Notes: generated by a model from the sequence alone, not told the origin. Counted from the stretch's first letter, positions 28,184 through 37,924 are shown. The stretch: DNA of 64,000 nt from an uncultured Candidatus Saccharibacteria bacterium (GCA_964416765.1 CAYQEU010000002.1:78877-142876), one strand, 5' to 3'. A program made the numbers and translations.

Positions 28184-28216
28184 TGTATAACTGAGATTGC
28201 ATAAGGAGGATGCAAA

Positions 28217-29239
28217 ATGTTATCTAAACTAAGAAGTACTGCCAGATATTTAACAATGGCAGCCAAGTTCGGGGCGCCGTATGCCCTTGCGTACTCTCGT
28301 TCAAACACTGACCGGGAGCTGGACCCAGAAGAAAACTGGGAGTTTTGGACGAGGGACAGGGGTTCGTTCGTCGAGATGAGCATGAGAATGTTCCCCGCGC
28401 AAAGGCTGCGGGAAGCACTAATCATGGAGCAACTAAAGGCTAACCACGCCGATGGGATTGAATATCATTACGATGTATCGAATGATTTCTACCGCTTGTT
28501 CCTTGATAAGGACTACATGTTCTACACCTGCGCTAACTTCCGTTCCGACCACGAAACGCTGGAACAAGCGCAGAAAAACAAGGCTGACTGCCTGCTCGGA
28601 CTGCTCGAGCCGGAAGCCGGGCACCTAATTCTGGACCTCGGCTGCGGCTGGGGCGGAATGTTGAAGTGCATCGAGGGACATACCGGAACGCGGGAAGGAC
28701 TGACCGGCTATACGTTATCCAAAGAACAGTTCTCTTACGTATCGAATATGGGCTACAATGTTGCGCTTCAGGACTTCATCGGAAGCACTTACCCGAGCGA
28801 ATCACTCGACAGAGTCATATCGGTCGGCTCGCTGGAACACGTGCATCCGGAGGAACTGCCGCGGTTGTACGAAAAAGTCTTCAACGCGCTTCGCCCGGGC
28901 GGAAGAATGGTAAACCAATTCTTCTCGCTCGACCACGAACCTCTTCCCTACTCGATGCTATTGTCGCAGCTATTCTTCCCGGGGTCGCTGCTGGCGATGC
29001 ATGACGTACATTGTCAGGCGGCGGAACAAGCCGGCTTCGAAATTCAAGCGGACTTGCACGATTGCTACAAGCAGACGCTGTGGTCGTGGTACGACAATCT
29101 GGTAGCTAACCGAGCGGAAGCCATCGCTACAAGCGGAATCCAGACTTACAACTGGTTCTTAACTTTTTTCCCGATCGCTTGGAAATTCTTCGACGACGGA
29201 GAAGCAACGCTTCACCGAATGTTGCTGGTTAAACCATAG
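28217..29239 (+). CDS. cfa: cyclopropane-fatty-acyl-phospholipid synthase family SAM-dependent methyltransferase
   Basis: 340 aa with IEYHYDVSNDFYRLFLD (CMAS motif) and ILDLGCGWGG (SAM-binding motif). The gene is GC-richer than its neighbours. Confidence 0.88.
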   Translation: MLSKLRSTARYLTMAAKFGAPYALAYSRSNTDRELDPEENWEFWTRDRGSFVEMSMRMFPAQRLREALIMEQLKANHADGIEYHYDVSNDFYRLFLDKDYMFYTCANFRSDHETLEQAQKNKADCLLGLLEPEAGHLILDLGCGWGGMLKCIEGHTGTREGLTGYTLSKEQFSYVSNMGYNVALQDFIGSTYPSESLDRVISVGSLEHVHPEELPRLYEKVFNALRPGGRMVNQFFSLDHEPLPYSMLLSQLFFPGSLLAMHDVHCQAAEQAGFEIQADLHDCYKQTLWSWYDNLVANRAEAIATSGIQTYNWFLTFFPIAWKFFDDGEATLHRMLLVKP

Positions 29240-29312
29240 TGATTGAGAATGATAACTTTTCCGGGGACGGCGCACGATTCAATCGGGTGCCGTTTCTTTT
29301 TAAAGAAAACAC

Positions 29313-29341
29313 TTGATTTTATTGAAGTTTTGCAGTATAAT
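29313..29341 (+). promoter_or_regulatory. consensus sigma70 promoter for infB
   Basis: TTGATT, a 17-nt spacer and TATAAT. The -10 ends 9 nt before the infB ATG, so the mRNA is effectively leaderless. Confidence 0.6.
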
Positions 29342-29350
29342 CAAACAGTT

Positions 29351-31288
29351 ATGAATTTGTCGAGCCTATCTTCCCAGCTGAATATTTCCATCCAAGAACT
29401 TCGCGCGAAAGCTTCCGCGAAGGGTTTTGTTATTTCTCCGCGCGCCAACAAGATCGACAATTACCTTGCCAAGCAGATTATTGAGAGCCTGGTTGAAAAG
29501 GAAAAGCCGTCTCCGACAAACCAGGGACCGAAAAAAGTTGCTTTGCCTGCTTACATCAAAGTCCGTGACTTTGCCGAGCTCCTCAAGCTTCCCGCGGTTG
29601 ATGTAATCAAAGTCCTCATCAAAAACGGCGTCATGGCCACCATCAATGAAGAAGTGGATTATGACACCGCCGCCATTATCGCCCAGGACTTGGGTTTTGA
29701 AGTTTCATCTGAACAATCTTCCGAAACCGAAGAATACGGTTTGGCTTTCCTGCAGAAGACATTGGCTGAAGAAGACCCTAAAAATTTAGTTGCCCGACCT
29801 CCAATTGTTGCTGTCATGGGACACGTTGACCATGGTAAGACAACTTTACTTGACGCCATTCGTCAAACAGACGTGGTTGCGGGGGAGTCCGGCGGCATTA
29901 CCCAGCACATTGGTGCTTACCAGGTTAAAAAAGGTGACAAGAAGATTACTTTCCTTGATACACCTGGCCATGAAGCTTTCGTTGAGATGCGCGCCCGCGG
30001 TGCCAACGTTACCGACTTGATTGTATTGGTTGTTGCGGCTGATGACAGCGTTCGTCCTCAGACTATCGAAGTTATTAACCGCGCCAAGTTTACCAACACA
30101 CCTTTAATTGTTGCCATCAACAAAGTAGATAAAGAGAACGCGAACGTCATCAAAGTAAAACAGGAACTGGCTGAACACGGCGTGCTCACTGAAGAGTGGG
30201 GCGGCAAGACCATCGCGGTTGAAGTATCGGCTAAGCAGAAAATGGGAATTGATAACCTGTTGGAAATGATTTTGCTTCAGGCTGAGGTGGAAGATTACAA
30301 GGCTAACCCGGAAGGGAAAACCCTTGGTACTGTTATTGAATCGCACACTTTGCTCGGTAAAGGTTCCGTGGCAACCGTGATTGTTCAAAACGGCACTCTC
30401 CGTGTTGGCGACATCGTGATTGCCGGCGGGGCTCATGGCCGCGTGAAAACTTTGGAAGACGAACACGGCAAGAAACTGAAATCCGCCGGTCCTTCCATGC
30501 CAGCGCAAATCTCCGGTTTCTCGGACTTGCCGGAAGCGGGCGATATTTTACAGACCACGGAAAATTTGGAAGAAGCGCGCGAGATTGCTTTGCAAGTCCA
30601 GAAGAAAAACCGCAGCCACCGCTTGTCCAGCCGTCCAACCCTGCAGGGCGATACTGAGAACAAGACTTTGAACCTGATTTTGAAAGCCGACGTTGCCGGC
30701 TCGCTTGAAGCCATCAAACAATCTTTTGATAAACTGAAAAATGACGAAGTCACCATCAACATTTTAAGCGAAGGTATTGGTGAAATTAATGAAACCGACG
30801 TCCTGCAGGCTGAAACTTCCAAAGCTACTATTTTGGCGTTCCGCGTGAAGACCAACCCGAAAGCCATTAACCTGGCCAAGCAAAAAAATGTCGCAGTTGA
30901 CAGCTACGAAGTTATTTATGAATTATTGGAAGACGTGACCAGCGCCGTTATCAAAATGTTCACTCCGGAAATGGAAAAGGTATCCTTTGGCCGCGGTGCC
31001 GTTTTGGGAATTTTCCGTACCGAAAAAGGTCAGATGATTATCGGCGGGCGCGTTAATGAAGGTGAGATCCGCAAGAACAAGCCCGTCGCCATTTGGCGCA
31101 AGGGTGAAGACGGCGAAGAAGTGGAATTGGGCCGCGGCGAAATCCTGGACCTGCAACAGAACAAGACCGCCACAAAAGAAGTATCCAAAGGTAATGAGTA
31201 CGGCATGAAGATTAAAACCAACGTTAAGATTGCCGAAGGCGATATCCTGGAGAGTTTTGAAGAAAGCCTCAAACAAAAGACCCTGTAA
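29351..31288 (+). CDS. infB: translation initiation factor IF-2
   Basis: An IF2_N-like N-terminus is followed by a GTPase G-domain ([27 protein letters not shown]) and C-terminal domains. The start is placed at MNLSSLS immediately after the promoter. Confidence 0.93.
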   Translation: MNLSSLSSQLNISIQELRAKASAKGFVISPRANKIDNYLAKQIIESLVEKEKPSPTNQGPKKVALPAYIKVRDFAELLKLPAVDVIKVLIKNGVMATINEEVDYDTAAIIAQDLGFEVSSEQSSETEEYGLAFLQKTLAEEDPKNLVARPPIVAVMGHVDHGKTTLLDAIRQTDVVAGESGGITQHIGAYQVKKGDKKITFLDTPGHEAFVEMRARGANVTDLIVLVVAADDSVRPQTIEVINRAKFTNTPLIVAINKVDKENANVIKVKQELAEHGVLTEEWGGKTIAVEVSAKQKMGIDNLLEMILLQAEVEDYKANPEGKTLGTVIESHTLLGKGSVATVIVQNGTLRVGDIVIAGGAHGRVKTLEDEHGKKLKSAGPSMPAQISGFSDLPEAGDILQTTENLEEAREIALQVQKKNRSHRLSSRPTLQGDTENKTLNLILKADVAGSLEAIKQSFDKLKNDEVTINILSEGIGEINETDVLQAETSKATILAFRVKTNPKAINLAKQKNVAVDSYEVIYELLEDVTSAVIKMFTPEMEKVSFGRGAVLGIFRTEKGQMIIGGRVNEGEIRKNKPVAIWRKGEDGEEVELGRGEILDLQQNKTATKEVSKGNEYGMKIKTNVKIAEGDILESFEESLKQKTL

Positions 31289-31302
31289 GCGACTTGTAAA
31301 AT

Positions 31303-31333
31303 TGTGCCCCTCCTTATGGAGGGGCTTTTATTT
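31303..31333 (+). terminator. infB terminator
   Basis: The hairpin gcccctcc-ttat-ggaggggc is followed by ttttattt. Confidence 0.75.
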
Positions 31334-31342
31334 GGCTTAGTC

Positions 31343-31371
31343 TTGATTAAAATGGGCATTTTAGCTATACT
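31343..31371 (+). promoter_or_regulatory. sigma70-like promoter for rbfA-nrnA
   Basis: TTGATT, a 17-nt spacer and TATACT. Confidence 0.55.
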
Positions 31372-31398
31372 TATTGGTATTTTGATACAATACAACCA

Positions 31399-31794
31399 AT
31401 GGCTCAACCACTACAAAAACCATCACACCGCATAGAGAAAGTTAACGCCCTGCTTCAGCAATTGGTAGGGGAGATTTTGCTTACCGAGGTCCAATTGGTC
31501 CGGGGCATGGTCACGGTTACCCGCGTGGAAGCCAGCCGTGACCTGAAATGGGCAAAAGTATTTGTTTCCATTGTGGGAGCTGACGACGATAAATCCAGCG
31601 ACAACAAAATTTTGGAGCTAATCCATAAGCACATGTATGACATCCAGGGAGAAGTTAACCGTAGGATGGAAATGAAAATTGTCCCACGCCTGCAATTCTT
31701 CCTCGACACCACGCCGCGGTACGCCGAACACATCAACGAGTTGATCAAGCAAATCCACGAAGAGGAGAAAGAAGAGAACGACGATAATGCCTAA
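31399..31794 (+). CDS. rbfA: ribosome-binding factor A
   Basis: 131 aa. RIEKVNALLQQLVGEILLTEV… is typical of RbfA. Confidence 0.85.
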   Translation: MAQPLQKPSHRIEKVNALLQQLVGEILLTEVQLVRGMVTVTRVEASRDLKWAKVFVSIVGADDDKSSDNKILELIHKHMYDIQGEVNRRMEMKIVPRLQFFLDTTPRYAEHINELIKQIHEEEKEENDDNA

Positions 31795-32746
31795 CTCCGT
31801 CATGTTCCAGGCAGCCAAAGAGATCCTGGAAAGCTCTCAGCGAATTTTACTGACCACGCACGAACGAACCGATGGTGACGACCTCGGTTCTGTTTTGGCT
31901 TTGGCCGATCATCTCAGAAGCGCGGGAAAAGATATTGCTATTTCCATCGTCGGTGGCGTGCCGGAGCAACTCACTTATTTGCCGGGAAGCGACTCGGTGG
32001 TTGAAGATACGGACCGGACAGACTTTGACTTGTTGGTGATTTCCGGCTGCTCAAATATCCAACGGTCCGGCAACCCGAAAATAATTAACATGCAAGTGCC
32101 GATACTTAACGTCGACCACCACCCTGACAACGCAAACTACGGCACGGTTAATTTAGTGGACGCGACCAAGTCCGCGGTGGCTGAACTAGTATTTGATTTC
32201 TTTAAATTCTGCGAATGGGAAATTACCCCGGCCGCCGCAACAGCACTCCTGACCGGAATCTTTACCGACACCGGTTCGTTCATGCACAGCAACACACAGG
32301 ACACTACTTTGAAAGCTGCCTCAGAGTTGATGAGCAAAGGCGCGCGCACCAGCACTGTCGCCAAGCATACCTACAAAGGGAAGGGGATTGATGCCTTACG
32401 CGCGTGGGGCAAAGCCCTTGATAACGCTTTTTATGATGAAAAAAACCGCATAATAATTTCCATAGTCAGCCAAAAAGAATTGGATGAATTGGGCAACCCT
32501 CCCATGGAATATTTTGAGGGTTTGGTGGAAACTTTGAACAAAGTCCCGGAAGCCAAGTTTGCCTTGTTCCTAAAGCAAGATGGAAACGTGGTAAAGGGGA
32601 GCCTGCGCAGTGACCCGCACAAGGGAACGGATGTTAAGGAAATTGCCCACATGTTTGGGGGCGGTGGACATAAGTGGGCCTCGGGCTTCTCCGTCTATGG
32701 CCAAGTGGCAAAAGGCGCTGATGGCAAGTGGTCGGTAGTGAAATAA
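31787..32746 (+). CDS. nrnA: DHH/DHHA1 phosphoesterase NrnA-like (bifunctional oligoribonuclease/pAp phosphatase)
   Basis: 319 aa with the DHH motif (NVDHHPDN) and DHHA1 GGGH (FGGGGHKWASG). It overlaps rbfA by 8 nt. Confidence 0.82.
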   Translation: MPNSVMFQAAKEILESSQRILLTTHERTDGDDLGSVLALADHLRSAGKDIAISIVGGVPEQLTYLPGSDSVVEDTDRTDFDLLVISGCSNIQRSGNPKIINMQVPILNVDHHPDNANYGTVNLVDATKSAVAELVFDFFKFCEWEITPAAATALLTGIFTDTGSFMHSNTQDTTLKAASELMSKGARTSTVAKHTYKGKGIDALRAWGKALDNAFYDEKNRIIISIVSQKELDELGNPPMEYFEGLVETLNKVPEAKFALFLKQDGNVVKGSLRSDPHKGTDVKEIAHMFGGGGHKWASGFSVYGQVAKGADGKWSVVK

Positions 32747-32819
32747 ACACTTCATATAAACAAAAACCCTTTCTTCAATCCGATCGCTAGCGCCAGGGAT
32801 TTCAGAAAGGGTTTTTGTA

Positions 32820-33389
32820 TTATTTACGAAGAGATTTCATTACCGATCCGGCATCTCCCAGGGCTTCGATCATGGATTTGAACTGTTTTTCATAGATTGA
32901 CTGGAGGAGCTGGCCGTTATCATCAAATACTTCCTGGACTTTGCGAACCATCACGTTTTCCTTGATATCATATAACGCGTAAGCTCCGCAAACAGCGCGC
33001 ACCTGCTCTATTACGCGGGCGCCGCCCACTGACCCATTGGAAACGCCAACCAAAGCCACGGGCTTGTGGTGAAACTCCCGGTATAGCCAGTCAATTGCGT
33101 TTTTAAACACGCCGCTGTAACCATGGTTATATTCTGGAATGGCAAAAATGAACGCGTCAGCTTTGCTGGCAATCTTGCTCCACTGCATAACTTCTTCGTA
33201 TGGATAATTCCCTTTTAAATCTCCAGGAGAAACCGGGGTATCAACAAACGGCAGGGGAGATTTTACAAAATCAACCACCTCCGCGTTGTGCCCGGCTTCT
33301 TTCACTAACTCCGCCGCGTAGTTGGCGGCAAAAATACTTTTTCGGTCTTCGCGGACTGATCCGCAAACAATAACAATGTTTAAACTCAT
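32820..33389 (-). CDS. NAD(P)H-dependent FMN reductase family oxidoreductase
   Basis: 189 aa from MSLNIVIVCGSVRE onward. The flavodoxin-like fold matches NADPH-dependent FMN reductases. Confidence 0.75.
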   Translation of the reverse strand: MSLNIVIVCGSVREDRKSIFAANYAAELVKEAGHNAEVVDFVKSPLPFVDTPVSPGDLKGNYPYEEVMQWSKIASKADAFIFAIPEYNHGYSGVFKNAIDWLYREFHHKPVALVGVSNGSVGGARVIEQVRAVCGAYALYDIKENVMVRKVQEVFDDNGQLLQSIYEKQFKSMIEALGDAGSVMKSLRK

Positions 33390-33427
33390 ACTGGGAGTAT
33401 AGGCGACGGCCCGCGATACGGCAAGCG

Positions 33428-33456
33428 TTGACTTAGGCGGGCAAAAGCTGTACAAT
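33428..33456 (+). promoter_or_regulatory. sigma70-like promoter
   Basis: TTGACT, a 17-nt spacer and TACAAT. An AAGGAGG Shine-Dalgarno precedes the ATG at 33518. Confidence 0.55.
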
Positions 33457-33517
33457 GATATATTCCATAACGGGATAAATACATTTCCTGGCGAGGAAAA
33501 ACGCAAGGAGGGTTTTT

Positions 33518-34006
33518 ATGAAACTCTTTTATAGAACGCTCATGACATTGGTCGTGGCGGCATTCTTTGCACTTGGCGCGTTTACCGCCGGGTGTTCGCT
33601 ATTCGGCAGTAACCATTCTGCCGCGTCAACTCCGTCCCCACAGGCAACGAGGCTAAAGAGCATTGGCATCCAACTTGCTAACGCCCGCAACGAGCTTTCG
33701 TTCCACCGGGGAGAAAGCCCGGAGGTCGCCGCTTACTGGGTCGGCTACGTTCAGTTCTTGTGGACGCAGTATTCCTGCCAGCTTTCCACGCTGAGTCCTC
33801 GCGAGCTGGACAACTACATGGAAAAGCCGATGCTCTTGGCAGGGGAGCAGAGTTATTCCAGTCTGGAATCCTATAAGCGGGCGGGCGATATTTTTTACAA
33901 TGGTCTCGACGCGGAGTACGAAGGTCTCGACGCCGGGTCCGCTGCCTCCTATAAAGCCCAGGCAGCCGACGCCGCTCGGCAAACGGACTTCCTGTGCCAA
34001 AAATAG
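33518..34006 (+). CDS. lipoprotein, hypothetical
   Basis: 162 aa with a signal peptide ending …AFTAGC. The gene is GC-rich relative to its neighbours. Confidence 0.55.
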   Translation: MKLFYRTLMTLVVAAFFALGAFTAGCSLFGSNHSAASTPSPQATRLKSIGIQLANARNELSFHRGESPEVAAYWVGYVQFLWTQYSCQLSTLSPRELDNYMEKPMLLAGEQSYSSLESYKRAGDIFYNGLDAEYEGLDAGSAASYKAQAADAARQTDFLCQK

Positions 34007-34139
34007 CTACTTCCACAAAGAGAAAAGCATTAAGACGGACATCCCCACCGGTGCCCGTCTTTTTGTTTTGGCGCTTGCTTAGCACTTTGGCCAAATGGGA
34101 TAAAACCCGGTATAATACAGGAAAATTAACGAGAAATTC

Positions 34140-34814
34140 ATGACAAATTGGAACAAAAAAACTCTCTGGTTCGCCGTACTGTTTATTATTTTGGGGTTCA
34201 TCGCTCTGCAAATTCCAGCCACACAACTAGCCGGATCCGGAGCAAAGTTCACTTTATTTGATGCGTTCGCCCCAATTGCCGGGGGATTCCTGGGCAGCAT
34301 ACCCGGCGCCATCTCGGTTTTACTGATGCAATTGGCCAACCTGGCCGTTCATGGCTTCCATGCCGTGGATCAGGGTACTATTATCCGCCTGTTCCCAGTC
34401 ATGTTTGCCGCCATTTACTTTGGGCGCAAAAACGTTTTCAACATCATTGTCCCAATCCTGGCCATGGTCTCTTTTAACCTCAATCCGGTTGGCCGCGAAG
34501 TCTGGTATTACTCCCTGTTCTGGCTCATCCCTGTTGCGTCTTACTTCTACCAAGAACGCAGTTTAATAGTAAAGGCCCTCGGTGCCACTTTTGCCGCTCA
34601 TGCCGTTGGCGGCGCGATCTGGATTTGGGCTTTCCATTTACCGAAAGCAGTTTGGGTTAGCCTTATCCCAATTGTCGCCATGGAACGTCTCATGTTTGCC
34701 GCGGGCATTGTGGTTTCTTACCTGGTTATGAACAACGTCCTTAACTGGATCAATTCTAAAAACATAGTTAGCTACAAGTTTCCGGTTAACAACCGTTACG
34801 TATGGAATTCATAA
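34140..34814 (+). CDS. six-TM membrane protein, possibly an ECF-transporter S component
   Basis: 224 aa with six hydrophobic helices. The family assignment is tentative. Confidence 0.4.
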   Translation: MTNWNKKTLWFAVLFIILGFIALQIPATQLAGSGAKFTLFDAFAPIAGGFLGSIPGAISVLLMQLANLAVHGFHAVDQGTIIRLFPVMFAAIYFGRKNVFNIIVPILAMVSFNLNPVGREVWYYSLFWLIPVASYFYQERSLIVKALGATFAAHAVGGAIWIWAFHLPKAVWVSLIPIVAMERLMFAAGIVVSYLVMNNVLNWINSKNIVSYKFPVNNRYVWNS

Positions 34815-35557
34815 AAGTTAAGACCCGTAAGTTTCTTACTCCGAAAGACAATATCTACGAGTTAATTGATGAACATCTCCCGCCGCTTAAGGAGGGGGAT
34901 GTTCTGTGTATCACCTCCAAAATTTTGGGGATTCACCAGGGACGTACCGTCTTAATAGATGAGTCCAACCCTAAGCAACGCGACCAACTCGCTAAACAGG
35001 AAGCGGAGTGGTACATTGACCGCAAACACGTCCCACACGGATTTCTGCTTACCATCAAAGACTATACTTTAATTGCTTCTGCTGGGATTGATAAAAGCAA
35101 CAGCAACGGTTACCTCGTCCTCTGGCCAAAGAATGTTAACAAGCTCCTCAAAGAAATAGTTGCTTACCTCAAGAAGAAACATAAGATAAAAAAACTGGCC
35201 GCTATTTCAACCGACAGCCACGTCATGCCGCTGCGCGCCGGGGTCATTGGCATCTCCACCGGTTTTTACGGGATGGAGCCAATCCGTGACATGCGCGGTA
35301 CTCCCGACATCTTTGGACGCAAACTGAAAGTTACCCGCATAAATATAGTGGATGCCCTGGCCACCATGGCCGTGCTCATGATGGGAGAAGGCAAAGAGCA
35401 AACCCCAATGGTCATTATCAGAAAAGCGGACATGGTCCAATTTACCGACAAGAGCACATACCGGAAACTGGCCATCCACCCCGAAGTCGACATTTACAAA
35501 CCCATACTCAAAACTTTCAAGAAAGTAAAAAGGAATGCCAAAAAGAACAGCCGTTAG
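34802..35557 (+). CDS. CofE-like protein (F420-0:gamma-glutamyl ligase family fold)
   Basis: 251 aa. ISTDSHVMPLRAGVIGISTGFYGMEP resembles the CofE core. It overlaps its neighbours at both ends, consistent with an operon. Confidence 0.5.
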   Translation: MEFIKVKTRKFLTPKDNIYELIDEHLPPLKEGDVLCITSKILGIHQGRTVLIDESNPKQRDQLAKQEAEWYIDRKHVPHGFLLTIKDYTLIASAGIDKSNSNGYLVLWPKNVNKLLKEIVAYLKKKHKIKKLAAISTDSHVMPLRAGVIGISTGFYGMEPIRDMRGTPDIFGRKLKVTRINIVDALATMAVLMMGEGKEQTPMVIIRKADMVQFTDKSTYRKLAIHPEVDIYKPILKTFKKVKRNAKKNSR

Positions 35558-36092
35558 ATTGGTTAAGCCAGTACCCCGCTATGTAGCATTAGCCGCCGTC
35601 ACCGTAGACGGTAAGATTGCCAAGAACCCCCAACACTTCAGCAATTGGACCAGTCCCGAGGACAAAGTATTTTTGCGCCGTGAACTTAGTAAAAGCGATG
35701 TCATTATTGTCGGACGCAACACATACGAAACCGCCAAAAAACCATTGTCCAAGCGCAACTGCATTGTCCTGACAAGCAAAGTCCGCACCATTAGCGTGGA
35801 AGCCGAAAATTTAGTTTTAGTAAACCCCAAAACCGTTAACCTGAAAACGTTGATCCGGAAATTGGGATATGTTGAAGTAGCAGTCCTCGGCGGCGCCCAA
35901 ACTTACCAATATTGTTTGGACCGCGGCTTGCTCGATGAAATTTATTTAACAATTGAGCCGCTCACTTTCTCAAGCGGCATCAACTTATTTTCCTCAGATA
36001 AGCCCAAAGTTCGCCAGTGGAACCTCGTGTCAGTAAAAAAACTGAACCACTTGGGGACAATTCTCTTGCACTACCGCAGGGCGGGTGTATGA
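35535..36092 (+). CDS. dihydrofolate-reductase-like / RibD C-terminal-domain reductase
   Basis: 185 aa. AAVTVDGKIA…IIVGRNTYE…VLGGAQTY matches the RibD_C/DHFR-like fold. Confidence 0.6.
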   Translation: MPKRTAVRLVKPVPRYVALAAVTVDGKIAKNPQHFSNWTSPEDKVFLRRELSKSDVIIVGRNTYETAKKPLSKRNCIVLTSKVRTISVEAENLVLVNPKTVNLKTLIRKLGYVEVAVLGGAQTYQYCLDRGLLDEIYLTIEPLTFSSGINLFSSDKPKVRQWNLVSVKKLNHLGTILLHYRRAGV

Positions 36093-36140
36093 TTTGAGTG
36101 AGAGCCCGGCTCTCTATCTTAAACCAGGAGGACGCATGCC

Positions 36141-36626
36141 ATGGACATGCAAAGTGTGTTGGACCAAAAGTTCAGCGCCGCAGTTATCGAACCGAATTTT
36201 ACCAGCATGTATGCCCTCCTGCAACGAGGGTATAGACGTTACAGTCACGATTTTACATACGAAAACTACCCGCCCCTTCCTGCATGGGGAGGAACCGTCA
36301 GCAAAAGCGGAATTCCGAACCGGCGCCTGCTCAAATTCCTGCCACCTACCGCGCGGAACGATAATTTCCGCGAAGCCTACCATTACGCCGAACGTCACCA
36401 GACTTACGGCGCCACTCTTCATGATGGGATGCAATTTGTCGAAAGACATAGTCCCTACCTCCACCGTGGTGAAATCGTAATTATCTTTCCCGGACTGCTC
36501 CGGACTAACTGCACGGAACAATACGTTCCTCTGCTCATAGTTTCGGACAAGGAAAAGGCTTGGGACGAAGCTCCCATAAGCGTAGGTTTGGAACCTCACT
36601 GGTGGATTGGAGCCATTCTCCACTGA
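36141..36626 (+). CDS. hypothetical protein
   Basis: 161 aa. An AGGAGGA Shine-Dalgarno lies 8 nt upstream, and the gene sits on the same strand as the upstream operon. The opposite-strand ORF 36114-36641 was rejected. Confidence 0.45.
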   Translation: MDMQSVLDQKFSAAVIEPNFTSMYALLQRGYRRYSHDFTYENYPPLPAWGGTVSKSGIPNRRLLKFLPPTARNDNFREAYHYAERHQTYGATLHDGMQFVERHSPYLHRGEIVIIFPGLLRTNCTEQYVPLLIVSDKEKAWDEAPISVGLEPHWWIGAILH

Positions 36627-36717
36627 TACCATCCGACACACGCAAACTAAAAGGCCACTCTCACGAGCGGTCTTTTTGTTTAAACAAGGCGTTTGAAAGT
36701 GCTGGCTCGGCGGCGCT

Positions 36718-37581
36718 CTAATCCACCGTAAGCAAAGCCAGTAAGATAGCCGCCGTAATAGTTAAAATAAAGCCAAGCTGTTGGTGGAGTTTCAACTTTT
36801 CCTTATTAAACTTCATGCCAAGCAAAGCGGCCAAAACAATATAGCTTTCGCTAATACTGGTCACAATAGCCAGGGGCACGTAAAGCGCTGCGTAAATATA
36901 AGCTACCCAAGCGAGGTTATCCAAGAAGCTCACGCTTACCGCCAATCGCGGATTGCTTTTAAGGTCTTTAATAATATCCTTAGTCCGCCCTTCCATCCAC
37001 AAGAATGCCAGCGAAATTATTGCTATTACCAGCGAAGTAAACCAGTTGACCAGCAAAGGGTTGGTGAGCCGCCCGCCGTCGGTGTACATAAAATCCGTTA
37101 CTCCCATGGCGATGGTTCCCACTATGGCCAAGACCAAGCCTTTCTCCCAGGTAATGTTTTTGAAATGATGCAGGGACCGCGCCGAAACCAAAAATATGCC
37201 CACCATAATAGCCAGCACGAGCACCAGTTGTACGGGGTTTAAGTATTCATGAAAAAAGACCGCAGATAATATTCCGACAATTGCGATCTCAAACGCAAAG
37301 ATGGGCTCAATGACGGAAATCTTTCCAACCCGCAGCGCTTCAAAATTAAAGTACGCGGCCAAAGTCATAATCACCCCTGCCGCCAACAAAATTAAAAATG
37401 CATGCTGGTTTAACAGCAGAGGCCCGAGATCTTTGTACACGAAAGGGAAGAGTACGATACTGCCAAACGCCGTAATGAAAAATAGAGCGACCCAGTCACC
37501 AAACTGGCGAGCGCTGCGTTGGATCAAAAAATCGCCGATGCCCCAGGAGAAAAGCGCGAGTAAGGTAAAAAGTATTCCCAT
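36718..37581 (-). CDS. EamA/DMT-superfamily transporter
   Basis: 287 aa with 10 TM helices and a duplicated EamA domain. Confidence 0.7.
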   Translation of the reverse strand: MGILFTLLALFSWGIGDFLIQRSARQFGDWVALFFITAFGSIVLFPFVYKDLGPLLLNQHAFLILLAAGVIMTLAAYFNFEALRVGKISVIEPIFAFEIAIVGILSAVFFHEYLNPVQLVLVLAIMVGIFLVSARSLHHFKNITWEKGLVLAIVGTIAMGVTDFMYTDGGRLTNPLLVNWFTSLVIAIISLAFLWMEGRTKDIIKDLKSNPRLAVSVSFLDNLAWVAYIYAALYVPLAIVTSISESYIVLAALLGMKFNKEKLKLHQQLGFILTITAAILLALLTVD

Positions 37582-37642
37582 GCATATATGATATCAAATA
37601 GACAGGCGTTTACCCATAAGCCCCCCATTCAGGCAAAAGAAA

Positions 37643-37670
37643 AAGCCCCGACCTTAGTCGGGGACTTTTC
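37643..37670. terminator. terminator hairpin distal to the tRNA cluster
   Basis: The hairpin ccccgac-ctta-gtcgggg has T-tracts on both strands. Confidence 0.55.
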
Positions 37671-37687
37671 TTTGGAGCGGCTAAGGG
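37671..37687. repeat. 17-nt direct repeat of the tRNA-Gly 3' end (att-like); the second copy is 37757-37773
   Basis: tttggagcggctaaggg occurs twice, 86 bp apart. The second copy is the 3' acceptor end of tRNA-Gly. Confidence 0.6.
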
Positions 37688-37757
37688 CGCCTGGCCGCTT
37701 CGCTAGGCATCCTCTAATCGCCCAAACAAAAAACCCGAGCGAGTCGGGTTCTTTGTT

Positions 37758-37831
37758 TGGAGCGGCTAAGGGGAATCGAACCCCTATCCCTTCCATGGCA
37801 AGGAAGAGTTCTACCATTGAACCATAGCCGC
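37758..37831 (-). tRNA. tRNA-Gly (anticodon GCC)
   Basis: 74 nt with anticodon loop ttgccat and encoded CCA. Confidence 0.85.
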
Positions 37832-37849
37832 CTAATTTTCAAGTTTCAC

Positions 37850-37924
37850 TGGTGCCCCGGGTCAGAATTGAACTGACGACACGTCGCTCTTCAGGCGACT
37901 GCTCTACCACTGAGCTACCGAGGC
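37850..37924 (-). tRNA. tRNA-Phe (anticodon GAA)
   Basis: 75 nt with anticodon loop ctgaaga, T-loop ttcaatt and encoded CCA. Confidence 0.85.

Noticed and set aside
33653-34226. Minus-strand ORFs of 115 aa and 182 aa inside and after the lipoprotein gene
   Set aside because: The region is GC-rich, which generates spurious long ORFs. The translations are Arg/Pro-rich with no motifs, and they overlap a gene that has a promoter, an SD and a signal peptide.
36114-36641. The minus-strand 175-aa ORF overlapping 36141-36626
   Set aside because: The plus-strand ORF has a consensus SD at correct spacing and continues the upstream plus-strand operon. The minus ORF has no RBS.
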